This document shows, piece after piece, positions 1 through 8,904 of a DNA stretch of 64,000 bases. Numbering within the stretch: position 1 is the stretch's first letter; every line of letters starts with the position of its first letter. The translations under genes were made by a program, and so were the position numbers. Under the pieces are notes generated by a model. That model was not told the origin of the DNA. It did not search any database and saw only the letters and a program-made list of their open reading frames with translations. This stretch comes from Lentimicrobiaceae bacterium (lineage in GTDB: Bacteria > Bacteroidota > Bacteroidia > Bacteroidales > UBA4417): NCBI GenBank assembly GCA_033809755.1, contig JAPXLB010000001.1, positions 158,563 through 222,562 on the forward strand, written 5' to 3'.

Positions 1-371
1 AAACCTTGGTATAATGTTGAAGAACCTTCTTGATTTACCATTACCGACAGAGCTTTTGCTATGTCCATGGCACTACCGCCGCCAATGCCGACAACACCCG
101 AAGGTAAGCCCTTTGCTTGCATTATCTCGTCGCGTAGCGTGTCTATTTGTTGCGTTGTTGGCTCGTCTTTACCTGTAAAAACAAAATACACGCTATCGTT
201 GGGTTTCAAAGGCAACCTTTTTTCAAGTTCTTTGCCTTTAAAGTAGTCATCGACTATAAACACAAAATACTTGTTGTTGAGTTCGCGTTTTGGTGCTATT
301 ATTTCTTCCAACTGATTGAAACTACCTGCACCGAAAACAATTTTATCTATATTTTTAATGTTTTTGTACAT
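1..371 (-). CDS. kdnB: Iron-containing alcohol dehydrogenase family, KdnB-like Kdo 8-oxidase (N-terminal part, runs off the window)
   Basis: Not in the ORF track. Manual translation from ATG at 371: MYKNIKNIDKIVFGAGSFNQL...DEPTT...SGVVGIGGGSAMDIAKALSVMVNQEGSSTLYQG (Fe-ADH GGGS motif). Starts 6 nt after the kdnA-like stop. Confidence 0.75.
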   Translation of the reverse strand, partial: MYKNIKNIDKIVFGAGSFNQLEEIIAPKRELNNKYFVFIVDDYFKGKELEKRLPLKPNDSVYFVFTGKDEPTTQQIDTLRDEIMQAKGLPSGVVGIGGGSAMDIAKALSVMVNQEGSSTLYQG

Positions 372-377
372 ATCTTT

Positions 378-1580
378 TTATTTGTTGTTAATTACTGTAG
401 AAATTATCTTTTTCAAATTATCGGCTAAATCAACAATTTGCTCGTCTGTCCATGTAGCTTTAACACCAACGGAAATCAACCTTCCGATAACATTTTGAGA
501 TACCGGTAGTTGTAAGTTGTTGTAATCCTGAACAGGTTTTAAATGATGAATAGCCATAGGCGAAGCTGTTTTCAGATTTTTAAGGTGATCCCACTGATTT
601 ATAAAGTGATACATGTTGATGTACCAATAGTTACAGCTTTCCACTTTGTTTTTTGTAATGAGTTCGAACACTTGTCCCGCCATTTCTGTTGTAGGCATAA
701 AGAAGTTAAGAAAAGTACCTGAATCGCCTTCCGGGTCGGGGACAGGTCTGAAAGTAATGCCTTCAACGCCGGACAATAGTTCTTTAAGTCTCTGCTGATT
801 GTGCTTTTTAGCACTTCTGATTTTATTCAGTTTTCGCATTTGAGCCAATCCCACGGCAGCGTTCAATTCGCCGATACGAAAATTAAATCCCAAGATAGGA
901 TGCTGTTCCATACCCCTGTTGTTTCCAACGTGGTTGTGTCCGTGGTCGGAGTAGCAATCGGCTAATTTATAGCAATTTTCGTCGTCGGTAACAAGTACGC
1001 CACCTTCGCCGCAGGTTGTAATTTTAAAGAAATCGAAAGAATAACAACCGGTTTTACCAAAGGTACCCACCGATTTTCCTTTATAGAAAGCTCCCAATGC
1101 CTGTCCGGCGTCTTCAACAAGTACGAGATTGTGTTTTTTGCAAACTTCCATTATTTCGTCCATATTTGCAGAAGCACCGCACATGTGAACTAACAGCACA
1201 GCTTTGGTGTCGGGGGTCAAAGCAGCTTCAATTCCTTTGGCACTCAAACAAAGGTTTTCGTCGATTTCGGCAAAAACAGGAATTGCACCGACAAACAAAA
1301 CTGCTTCAATTGTCGCAATAAAAGTAAACGGTGGCACAATAACCTGATGTCCGTAGCCAATACCTGCTGCAGCAAGAGCTGTTGCAACCGCAGTACTACC
1401 GCTGGAAACAGCGTGAGCGTAGTTTGCTCCTGTGTATTTTCTAACCTCCTCTTCTAAACTTCTCGCTTTCCATATATTATTGCGTTGTGCATCGTGGTTG
1501 TACCTAAATAAAATGCCGGTTTCTAATACGTCTTGTACTTCTTTACGTTCTTCGGCACCAAAAAATTCCATTCCAGGCAT
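378..1580 (-). CDS. kdnA: DegT/DnrJ/EryC1/StrS PLP aminotransferase, KdnA-like 8-amino-3,8-dideoxy-manno-octulosonate transaminase
   Basis: SSGSTA, EDAGQA, SFDFFKITTCGEGG (PLP lysine), and KdnA-type segments MPGMEFFG, SDHGHNHVGNNRG and PDPEGDSG. Adjacent to the kdnB-like gene. Confidence 0.8.
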   Translation of the reverse strand: MPGMEFFGAEERKEVQDVLETGILFRYNHDAQRNNIWKARSLEEEVRKYTGANYAHAVSSGSTAVATALAAAGIGYGHQVIVPPFTFIATIEAVLFVGAIPVFAEIDENLCLSAKGIEAALTPDTKAVLLVHMCGASANMDEIMEVCKKHNLVLVEDAGQALGAFYKGKSVGTFGKTGCYSFDFFKITTCGEGGVLVTDDENCYKLADCYSDHGHNHVGNNRGMEQHPILGFNFRIGELNAAVGLAQMRKLNKIRSAKKHNQQRLKELLSGVEGITFRPVPDPEGDSGTFLNFFMPTTEMAGQVFELITKNKVESCNYWYINMYHFINQWDHLKNLKTASPMAIHHLKPVQDYNNLQLPVSQNVIGRLISVGVKATWTDEQIVDLADNLKKIISTVINNK

Positions 1581-1768
1581 AATAATATCGTTTTAAAATT
1601 CAACTACAAAAGTACATCTTTTTATTAATCATTTAAAATAAAGATGATATGTATTTTGCGATTTTTTGCAGATTTAACACTAATCATAATGTTTAGAAAC
1701 AATTAAGTACTGCAATTTTCACAATACTGTCAATTTTAATACTTTGTTATCAGATTTAGAAATAATAT

Positions 1769-1776
1769 TAAATTTG
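1769..1776 (+). promoter_or_regulatory. Bacteroidota sigma70 -7 element upstream of fabD
   Basis: TAAATTTG matches TAnnTTTG; TTTG at 1743-1746 upstream. Confidence 0.55.
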
Positions 1777-1801
1777 CCGAAAATATTCAAAAAAATAGAC
1801 T

Positions 1802-2686
1802 ATGAAGAAAGCATACGTATTCCCCGGTCAGGGAGCGCAATATGTTGGAATGGGTAAGGATTTGTACGAAAATTATCCATTAGCCAAACAAATGTTTGAT
1901 CAAGCCAACGAAATACTTGGTTTCAACATAACAGATTTAATGTTTTCGGGAACCGAAGACGAATTAAAACAAACGAGAGTTACGCAACCTGCAATATTTT
2001 TGCATTCGGTTATATTGGCAAACTGCATAAAGGATTTTTCGCCTTCAATGTCGGCAGGGCACTCACTTGGCGAGTTTTCGGCATTGGTTGCTTGCAAAGC
2101 CATGCCATTTGAGAGCGGACTTAAATTAGTTTACGCAAGAGCTATGGCAATGCAAGAAGCATGCGAAATGCAACCTTCGACAATGGCAGCTATTTTAGGA
2201 TTGGACGACGAAAAAGTTGAAGCTGTTGTTAACGAAATTGACGAAATTGTTGTAGCAGCAAATTATAATAGTCCGGGGCAAGTCGTTATTTCCGGTTCAA
2301 TTAAAGGTGTGGAGTTTGCTTGCGATGCTTTGAAACAAGCCGGAGCAAGACGAGCTTTACCTTTAAAAGTTGGCGGAGCTTTCCACTCACCGCTGATGGA
2401 GCCAGCAAGAATTAAATTAGCCGAAGCTATCGAAAAAACAGCTTTTAGCGAACCAATTTGTCCTATTTATCAAAATGTTGATGCTTTGCCGTACACCAAT
2501 CCTGACAAGATAAAGCAAAACCTTATCAATCAACTGACATCTCCTGTACGCTGGACTCAGATTGTTAAAAATATGGTAAAAGACGGTGCTACAAGTTTTA
2601 TTGAAGTAGGACCAGGAAGCGTACTACAAGGATTAGTTAAGAAAATAAATCCCGAATCGGAAACATCGGCAGGTACGGCTGAGTAG
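1802..2686 (+). CDS. fabD: Malonyl-CoA:ACP transacylase
   Basis: FPGQGAQ, TQPAI, catalytic GHSLGE, GAFHS and EVGPG motifs. Confidence 0.97.
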   Translation: MKKAYVFPGQGAQYVGMGKDLYENYPLAKQMFDQANEILGFNITDLMFSGTEDELKQTRVTQPAIFLHSVILANCIKDFSPSMSAGHSLGEFSALVACKAMPFESGLKLVYARAMAMQEACEMQPSTMAAILGLDDEKVEAVVNEIDEIVVAANYNSPGQVVISGSIKGVEFACDALKQAGARRALPLKVGGAFHSPLMEPARIKLAEAIEKTAFSEPICPIYQNVDALPYTNPDKIKQNLINQLTSPVRWTQIVKNMVKDGATSFIEVGPGSVLQGLVKKINPESETSAGTAE

Positions 2687-3072
2687 GGGATATGGCTGTT
2701 GGCGATACGGGTTACGTGTTTCGTGTTTTGACATTTTCGGTCATTGAGTGCCGATATTGAGCGAAGCGAGATATCGGTGTATCGAAATGCCGAAAATGGG
2801 GAATAGTTTCAAGTTCTGAATTTTTCTCAATAGCCGTGTCTTTAAAGGCACGGCTATTGAAGCGAAATGCCGAAAATATTACCCCGCTCGCTTTGCAAAA
2901 GCGAACGAGCGTCAATAATAACAATTTGCTGGCGCGCTTTTGTAAAGCGTGTCAGCAAACTCCTAACTCCTCACTCCTCACTCATAACTCTTAACTCATA
3001 ACTTCAGACTTCCAAACACTCATCACCCACCACCGACCACTAACCACAAAAAAGCCAACGGCTAACAGCTCA
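2687..3072. repeat. Composite intergenic repeat island (heptamer tracts plus several REP-like palindromes)
   Basis: Palindromes at 2730-2798, 2827-2860 (TCAATAGCCGTG...CACGGCTATTGA), 2885-2911 and 2926-2958. ACTCCTA/ACTCATA, CACCnAC and AGCCAAC heptamer tracts at 2959-3072. Confidence 0.8.
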
Positions 3073-4332
3073 TTACAATTCTTCTTGCAACCACTGCATA
3101 ACTTTCTTAGTAGCACCTGTGCGAGCTTTAATATAGCTTAGGCAGTTTTGGCTTGCTTCTTTGTATCGTTGTTTATTGTTGATTAGCTCGTTAACGGTTT
3201 TCTCCAAAACAAATTGGTTGTGGACAACAGTAACAGCATCACGTTGGATAAGGTCGTATGCTTCTTGAAATTTACTCATTTTAGGACCTATAATAATCGG
3301 CAATCCGAAGGCAGCCGGTTCCAAAATATTGTGAATACCATCGCCAAAGCCACCACCAACGTACGCAATGTAACCGTATTTATAAACTTCCGAAAGCATA
3401 CCAATAGTATCCAATATCATAACTTTTGCACTCTTTGTCTCGTTAATGCTAGATTGCGTGTATCTTATGGTGTTGCACTTTGTGCTTAGCATTAGCTTCA
3501 AAATCCTTTCTTCGTTGATTTCGTGCGGTGCAATGATGTACCTTAACGGGATTTCACTGTTTTCGACCAAACTCAATATTAGTTCTTCATCTTTTTCCCA
3601 TGTGCTGCCGCCTATAAGCACCAAATTATCCTTACAAAAAGCTTCTAAAACAGGGAAATTTATATCTTTTTGCGAAACTTCAAAGACTCTGTCAAAACGT
3701 GTGTCGCCACTAATGCTGACGTTGTTTATGCTGATAAATTCTAAAAGCTGTTTTGAATCTTCATTTTGCACAAAAATATGTTTGTATCCCGAAAGTATCT
3801 TGCGAGCCCATGAGCCGTACCATCTGAAGAATATTTGTTCGGGACGGAAAATTCCTGAAATTAGCACTATAGGAATATTATTTTTTTGAAGTTGTTCAAG
3901 GATATTGTACCAAAATTCGTATTTAACAAAAAATGCTATGTCAGGTTTGGTAATTGCAACAAATTTTCTTGCATTCTTTGGTGTATCAATCGGGAGATAT
4001 AGAATAAGGTCGGCACCAACGTATGCTTTGCGTACTTCATATCCCGAAGGACTGAAAAAAGTAAGCAAAATTTTATAATCGGGGTGTTGCTTTCTAAAAG
4101 CTTCGATTATAGGTCTTCCTTGTTCAAATTCGCCAAGAGACGCACAATGAAACCAAGCTTTTTTGGTATCGGGTTTGTTGAAGCCGTTACGCTCTAAGGC
4201 GATTTTTAATCCTTCGAAATAATAATTACGACCTTTAACCCACAAGCGAGCTTTACGGTTGAAAATGGAACTTATTCTTATACCGAAGTAGTATAAGTAA
4301 ATGCCAATATTGTATAGAAACTTAGAGAACAT
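3073..4332 (-). CDS. waaA: 3-deoxy-D-manno-octulosonate (Kdo) transferase
   Basis: WFHCASLGE, TFFSPSGY, GDTRFD, YVGGGF and HNILEPA motifs. Confidence 0.93.
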   Translation of the reverse strand: MFSKFLYNIGIYLYYFGIRISSIFNRKARLWVKGRNYYFEGLKIALERNGFNKPDTKKAWFHCASLGEFEQGRPIIEAFRKQHPDYKILLTFFSPSGYEVRKAYVGADLILYLPIDTPKNARKFVAITKPDIAFFVKYEFWYNILEQLQKNNIPIVLISGIFRPEQIFFRWYGSWARKILSGYKHIFVQNEDSKQLLEFISINNVSISGDTRFDRVFEVSQKDINFPVLEAFCKDNLVLIGGSTWEKDEELILSLVENSEIPLRYIIAPHEINEERILKLMLSTKCNTIRYTQSSINETKSAKVMILDTIGMLSEVYKYGYIAYVGGGFGDGIHNILEPAAFGLPIIIGPKMSKFQEAYDLIQRDAVTVVHNQFVLEKTVNELINNKQRYKEASQNCLSYIKARTGATKKVMQWLQEEL

Positions 4333-4344
4333 CGTTAAACATAA

Positions 4345-5112
4345 TTAGTAATAATAATATTCGGTTTTTGTTTTCGGATAAAATGGCAACATCCAGCCGA
4401 CTTTGATGCTGGTAAGCATGTCGAAACGCTTTTCGTCGGCGTATTTCATATCATTGAAATAGTAAACGCGTCTGTTTTGTGTGTACGCTTGAACCGATTC
4501 AATGCCGATTTTAAAGTTTATACGTTGGTTGTTGCCTTGGTAATGCAGTCCGACATACTCAACGACTGCCGGTCCGTTGCATAAATGGTCGTAGCCCTTT
4601 TTGTAATCGCCGTCGAGTTGCGGAACGTTGTTGTTTGGTACGTCAATTCTGATTTTATGCTGCATAAAACCTGCTCCAATTTGAAACATAATACCCGAAT
4701 TTGGATTGATTTTCGGTATAGGCACAAGTTTGCCTGCCTTTACAAATGCCGTAAATCCCCTTTCCGTAAGCATAATATTGGATAAGGTTCCAAGCATATC
4801 TATCACGCCGTCTGGAGTAGATATACCGCTTAAAATAGAATCGGGGTTGTTGATTTTATCTTTGAAAATAAAATTTCCTTCCAACTCTAAATTCCACCCT
4901 GTAGCCGATTTGAATAAAAACGAACCGCCAATTTGGTGCGAAGGTCCAAAACGCTCCGAAAGGTCGCCCGAAGGGAAACCAAAACCGTAATGAACGGACA
5001 AAACGTTTATGTTCATTGAGGTATCTATTAATTTGACATGTGACCCTCGCTGCGAATACGAGTTAAATGAAATAAGAATAGCAACAAGTACCAATAGTAA
5101 GGTTTTATTCAT
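4345..5112 (-). CDS. Hypothetical outer-membrane beta-barrel protein
   Basis: Signal peptide from the likely start MNKTLLL (5112); amphipathic beta-strands; minus-strand TACCTTTG promoter at 5176-5183 argues against the longer ORF start. Confidence 0.6.
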   Translation of the reverse strand: MNKTLLLVLVAILISFNSYSQRGSHVKLIDTSMNINVLSVHYGFGFPSGDLSERFGPSHQIGGSFLFKSATGWNLELEGNFIFKDKINNPDSILSGISTPDGVIDMLGTLSNIMLTERGFTAFVKAGKLVPIPKINPNSGIMFQIGAGFMQHKIRIDVPNNNVPQLDGDYKKGYDHLCNGPAVVEYVGLHYQGNNQRINFKIGIESVQAYTQNRRVYYFNDMKYADEKRFDMLTSIKVGWMLPFYPKTKTEYYYY

Positions 5113-5324
5113 ATGGCAATATTTACGCGTTTTTATCGACAGCATGATAAAAATTGAGTAGTTACTTTTATTCTGCAAAGGTAGTAATTATTAAGTTAAT
5201 AGGTTGAAAATTTATGGACATAAATTTTTGGTGGTTGGTGATTGGTGGAGAGTGGAGAGTGGTGAATGGCATGGAACAATTAACAATGAGCACCGAAACT
5301 TTGGGGTACAATTAGCAATTGATA

Positions 5325-5633
5325 AAAGCGAGTGGGAATTTGCGAATTTGTTAAACTGTTTTGCAATAAACGAACTTCACTCTTTTCGCATGAATAATCT
5401 GCTGTGAGAAAAAAATACAATAGCCAAAAATTGAACTTCAAAAAGGATGGCATACATTTCTTCTGAATGAAGTTCGTGATGAATCCTTAGTGAGAAAGGG
5501 AAGCTCCGAGCTTGCGAGGAGATCACCCGCACGAACTTAGGATTTATGAGAACGCAATTCAGAAAAGAAATGTCAGCCTTGACTTTTTGGTTCTTTTGTG
5601 TCAAGACAAAAGAACATATAAAAAGAATAAAAC
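5325..5633 (+). mobile_element. ~310-bp non-coding fold-back repeat element, copy 1 (MITE/REPIN-like)
   Basis: Near-identical inverted copy at 54820-55130. Internal imperfect inverted repeat ACATTTCTTCTGAAT...ATTCAGAAAAGAAATGT. Terminal hairpin TTCTTTTGTGTCAAGACAAAAGAA. Confidence 0.7.
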
Positions 5634-5790
5634 CTGTAAAGCTAAAATCTTTCACACAAGTTTTTAAAAGCATACGAGCGTTGAGTGCATATTAAAGTCT
5701 TAGCTTTGCAGTATAAAAAGTGTTAATCTTTTTCAAAATAATATAATATCGAATTAAATATTTATCTTTGAACTTTTAAAACTTACAATT

Positions 5791-6930
5791 ATGAACAACT
5801 TTACAATGTACAACCCTACCAATGTTCACTTTGGTAAGGGATGTTGCGAGAAACTTGGCGAGAAAGCAAAGAAACTGGGAAATAAGGCATTGCTTATTTA
5901 TGGCAAAAATTCAATAAAAAAGAATGGAATTTACGACTTGATTGTCGAGCAGTTGGAAAAAAACAACATGACTTATGTTGAGTACGGAGGTATAAAGTCA
6001 AATCCGTTGAATACCGATGCCGACGAGGCAGTTGCACTCGGACGTGATGCCAAAGTCGAATGTGTAATTGCTATTGGCGGAGGTAGCGTTATTGATACTG
6101 CAAAGATGGTGTCGGTGTGTATTCCTACCGATAATAAAGTGTGGGATTTTTATCAGCAAAAAGCCGTTCCTCAAAAATCTATCCCACTTATAGCTGTACT
6201 AACTATTGCAGCCACAGGTTCGGAAATGAACGGTATTGCGGTTCTTCAAAATCACGAAACGCAACAAAAATTCGGTTACCGCAGCAAATATTGTTTTCCG
6301 ATGCATTCGTTCTTAGACCCGACTTTTACATTTTCGGTGCCGGCAAATTATACGGCTTACGGCGTAGCCGACCTTATAGCTCACAGTTTTGAGGCATATT
6401 TTGGCGGAGGCGAATGTACTTTGTCCGACAGATTTTGTTTCAGCATAATTTCCGATGCTATTCATTGGTCGGAAAGACTTTTCAAAGACTTGCACGATTA
6501 CGATGCACGAGCCGCCATAATGTACGATGCAACTATGGCGCTTAACGGACAAATAGCTTACGGAAAAGCCAATACCGATTGGGGTGTCCATGCTTTGGGA
6601 CATAACTTGTCGTTGCTGTTTGATACGCCGCACGGAGCAAGCCTTTCCATCATGTATTTGGCATGGATGAAACATTTTAAACCCACAATTGAACAAAAAC
6701 TCATAAAGTTGGGTAAGGCAGTCTTTAATGTTGAAACCGCCGACGAATGCATTAACAAGTTTGAAGAATTTTTCAAAACTATTAATACGCCTACAAGGTT
6801 GTCGGAAGTAAATATTTTTGAAAAAGATTTCGATAAAATTATTGAGTCTTTTGCCCATAATAGAGCGACGGGATACAATATCAAGATAACAGAAAAAGAC
6901 TACGCACCGATATTGAAGTTAGCTCAATAA
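5791..6930 (+). CDS. Iron-containing alcohol dehydrogenase (NADH-dependent butanol dehydrogenase-like)
   Basis: NPTNVHFG, AIGGGSVID, TIAATGSE, DLIAHSFE and HALGH...HG metal ligands; TATCTTTG promoter at 5763-5770. Confidence 0.9.
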   Translation: MNNFTMYNPTNVHFGKGCCEKLGEKAKKLGNKALLIYGKNSIKKNGIYDLIVEQLEKNNMTYVEYGGIKSNPLNTDADEAVALGRDAKVECVIAIGGGSVIDTAKMVSVCIPTDNKVWDFYQQKAVPQKSIPLIAVLTIAATGSEMNGIAVLQNHETQQKFGYRSKYCFPMHSFLDPTFTFSVPANYTAYGVADLIAHSFEAYFGGGECTLSDRFCFSIISDAIHWSERLFKDLHDYDARAAIMYDATMALNGQIAYGKANTDWGVHALGHNLSLLFDTPHGASLSIMYLAWMKHFKPTIEQKLIKLGKAVFNVETADECINKFEEFFKTINTPTRLSEVNIFEKDFDKIIESFAHNRATGYNIKITEKDYAPILKLAQ

Positions 6931-6945
6931 TAATAATGTTTACAG

Positions 6946-7722
6946 GTGGATTTGTTTTTCAGAAAATACGGCTGCGGACAAAATATTATCATTTTGCACG
7001 GATTGTTCGGTCAGAGCGATAACTGGATTCCCGTAGCCCGACACTTGGAAAAGAACTTTACAGTCTGGTTGCTCGATTTAAGAAATCACGGACAATCGCC
7101 GCACAGCGACGAGTTTAACTATTCAGTTATTGCCCACGATGTTTGCCAATTTGTTTCAAAACATAATATCACCGACTTTGTAATTGTGGGTCATTCTATG
7201 GGAGGCAAGGCAGCACTTAAAATTTCTGCCGATAATATTTGTCCTGTCAAAGCTCAAATTATTATTGATATTGCTCCCAAGCAATACCAAGTGTCCGAAT
7301 ATCATTTGAATATACTCAAATGTATGCAAAATCTGAATTTAGATGAACTGAAATATATCAGTAATGTTGAAAAAGAACTGAAACATCTGCAATTCGACGA
7401 CTTTACAATCAATTTGATAATTAAGAATTTGAAGTATGTCGATAAGAAATTAGTCTTTAAGCTGAACGTAGAAAGCATTTACAACAATATTTCCAATATT
7501 GTAGCTCCAATAACTGCAAAAAAGCCAATAGAAACCAAAACGCTGTTTATAAAAGCCGATGAGTCGGATTATATAAAAGCTGAGGATTTTGCTTTAATAA
7601 AAGAAAACTACGTAAATGCCGAGTCGCGTACCATAGCTACGTCTGACCATTATGTTCATGTTAGGCAACCGGCAGAGTTGAGTAGATTGATAAGCAATTG
7701 GCTGTTAGCTGTTGGCTATTAG
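6946..7722 (+). CDS. Alpha/beta hydrolase, YbfF-like esterase
   Basis: LHGLFG, DLRNHGQS, GHSMGG nucleophile elbow, C-terminal HYVH; GTG start. Confidence 0.88.
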   Translation: MDLFFRKYGCGQNIIILHGLFGQSDNWIPVARHLEKNFTVWLLDLRNHGQSPHSDEFNYSVIAHDVCQFVSKHNITDFVIVGHSMGGKAALKISADNICPVKAQIIIDIAPKQYQVSEYHLNILKCMQNLNLDELKYISNVEKELKHLQFDDFTINLIIKNLKYVDKKLVFKLNVESIYNNISNIVAPITAKKPIETKTLFIKADESDYIKAEDFALIKENYVNAESRTIATSDHYVHVRQPAELSRLISNWLLAVGY

Positions 7723-7944
7723 CTGGTGCGTATTCAATATTTTCGCTCACTGAGCTCGTCGAAGTGTCGAAAATATTGGAACTTCGGATCTTCACCACTG
7801 CGGTACTTCGACAAGCTCAGTAACCACAGTGGCTCAGCCCCGCAACGTCTCGAAACTTTTGGACAAAACTTCAGTTTTCCGCCTTCCAACAAAAATCTTC
7901 AAAGCCAAAACCCGCTACACATGCTTTACAAAAGCGTGCGAGCG
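7697..7944. repeat. Composite repeat island
   Basis: TTGGCTG/TTAGCTG tract overlapping the esterase 3' end. CTGAGCTCGTCGAAG (7750-7764) and CTTCGACAAGCTCAG (7806-7820) form an inverted pair. CGCTTTACAAAAGCG-family copy at 7913-7944. Confidence 0.75.
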
Positions 7945-7951
7945 AGTGGTC

Positions 7952-8431
7952 TTAATAATATTCATTGATTATCAGATTAACAGTTGCTTCGTCCTTAATT
8001 TTAGTTTTAGTGCAAAATGCAGAATGCCATAAATCTACAGAATGACAAAGACCTAAATGTAAATTGACTTTTAAATCATATAAATTTTTGCCATTTTCTA
8101 AAAATTCACTATCTTTATGAATTAAACAACCTGTTCCGCCCCACACTATAACAAATGTATGTTTTGAAAAATCAATTTTTGGCAAATTAGGAACACAAGC
8201 ACCTAAAAGGTTCTCATATTCTTCTTGAGTATTTACTATATAAACTTCAGCAGCATTTAAACAATCTTTAAGTTGGTGTGTGTGAACGTTTAGGTCAATT
8301 TCCATTATGGAAGAATGTTTAATGGCACCTTTATCACTCTCTTTGTCATTCTTGCAAGATGACAGAAAACTTAGGCTTAAAGTAGCAATTACTGCCACCA
8401 CAACTATTTTTATTAAATTAATTTTTTTCAT
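7952..8431 (-). CDS. Hypothetical lipoprotein (weak resemblance to PrcB C-terminal-like domain)
   Basis: Lipobox-like LSSC after a hydrophobic signal; YIVNTQEEY...PKIDFSKHTFVIV segment; more AT-rich than its neighbours. Confidence 0.65.
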   Translation of the reverse strand: MKKINLIKIVVVAVIATLSLSFLSSCKNDKESDKGAIKHSSIMEIDLNVHTHQLKDCLNAAEVYIVNTQEEYENLLGACVPNLPKIDFSKHTFVIVWGGTGCLIHKDSEFLENGKNLYDLKVNLHLGLCHSVDLWHSAFCTKTKIKDEATVNLIINEYY

Positions 8432-8804
8432 TTTTATATCGTTTTTAAAACTTATTACTATTTTGCCACTTTTTAAAAGGCAAGTAGCTTAAACCATTGT
8501 TTTTTGTGCCTATCCGCTTAGTTAACAAACGGATAAGCAAAGCCTATCGCCCTTTTGGCGACTTAAAAAATGTATGTATGTATGTATGTATGCAAAATAG
8601 TATCGGATTTTGTTTTGCTTAACAAACATTGGTTTAAGCTATGAGTAGAAGAGTTTTCATAACTCATTGGCGTAATAATTAAACTTGTATTTTCGCCACA
8701 AAAAAACATTGTTAAAAATATTTTTTAATAAGTTTATCTTATTCGTAATCAGTAATAATTGCTACAAAAAGCATACCGTATTTTAAAATTAGAAGGTAGA
8801 AAAT

Positions 8805-8904
8805 GGTGATTGGTGGTCAGTGGTTAGTGGTTAGTGCTTTGCACCATTCACTCATCACTCATCACTCATCACTCATCACTCATCACTCATCACCCATCAC
8901 CATC
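8805..8904. repeat. Convergent heptamer tracts (GTGGTTA-type facing CACTCAT x6)
   Basis: Seen directly: tggtgattggtggtcagtggttagtggttagtg...cactcatcactcatcactcatcactcatcactcatcactcat. Confidence 0.85.

Noticed and set aside
5377..5673. 98-aa ORF and its 71-aa look-alike at 54844-55059
   Set aside because: Shadow translations of the repeated fold-back element, with different starts and stops and no protein motifs.
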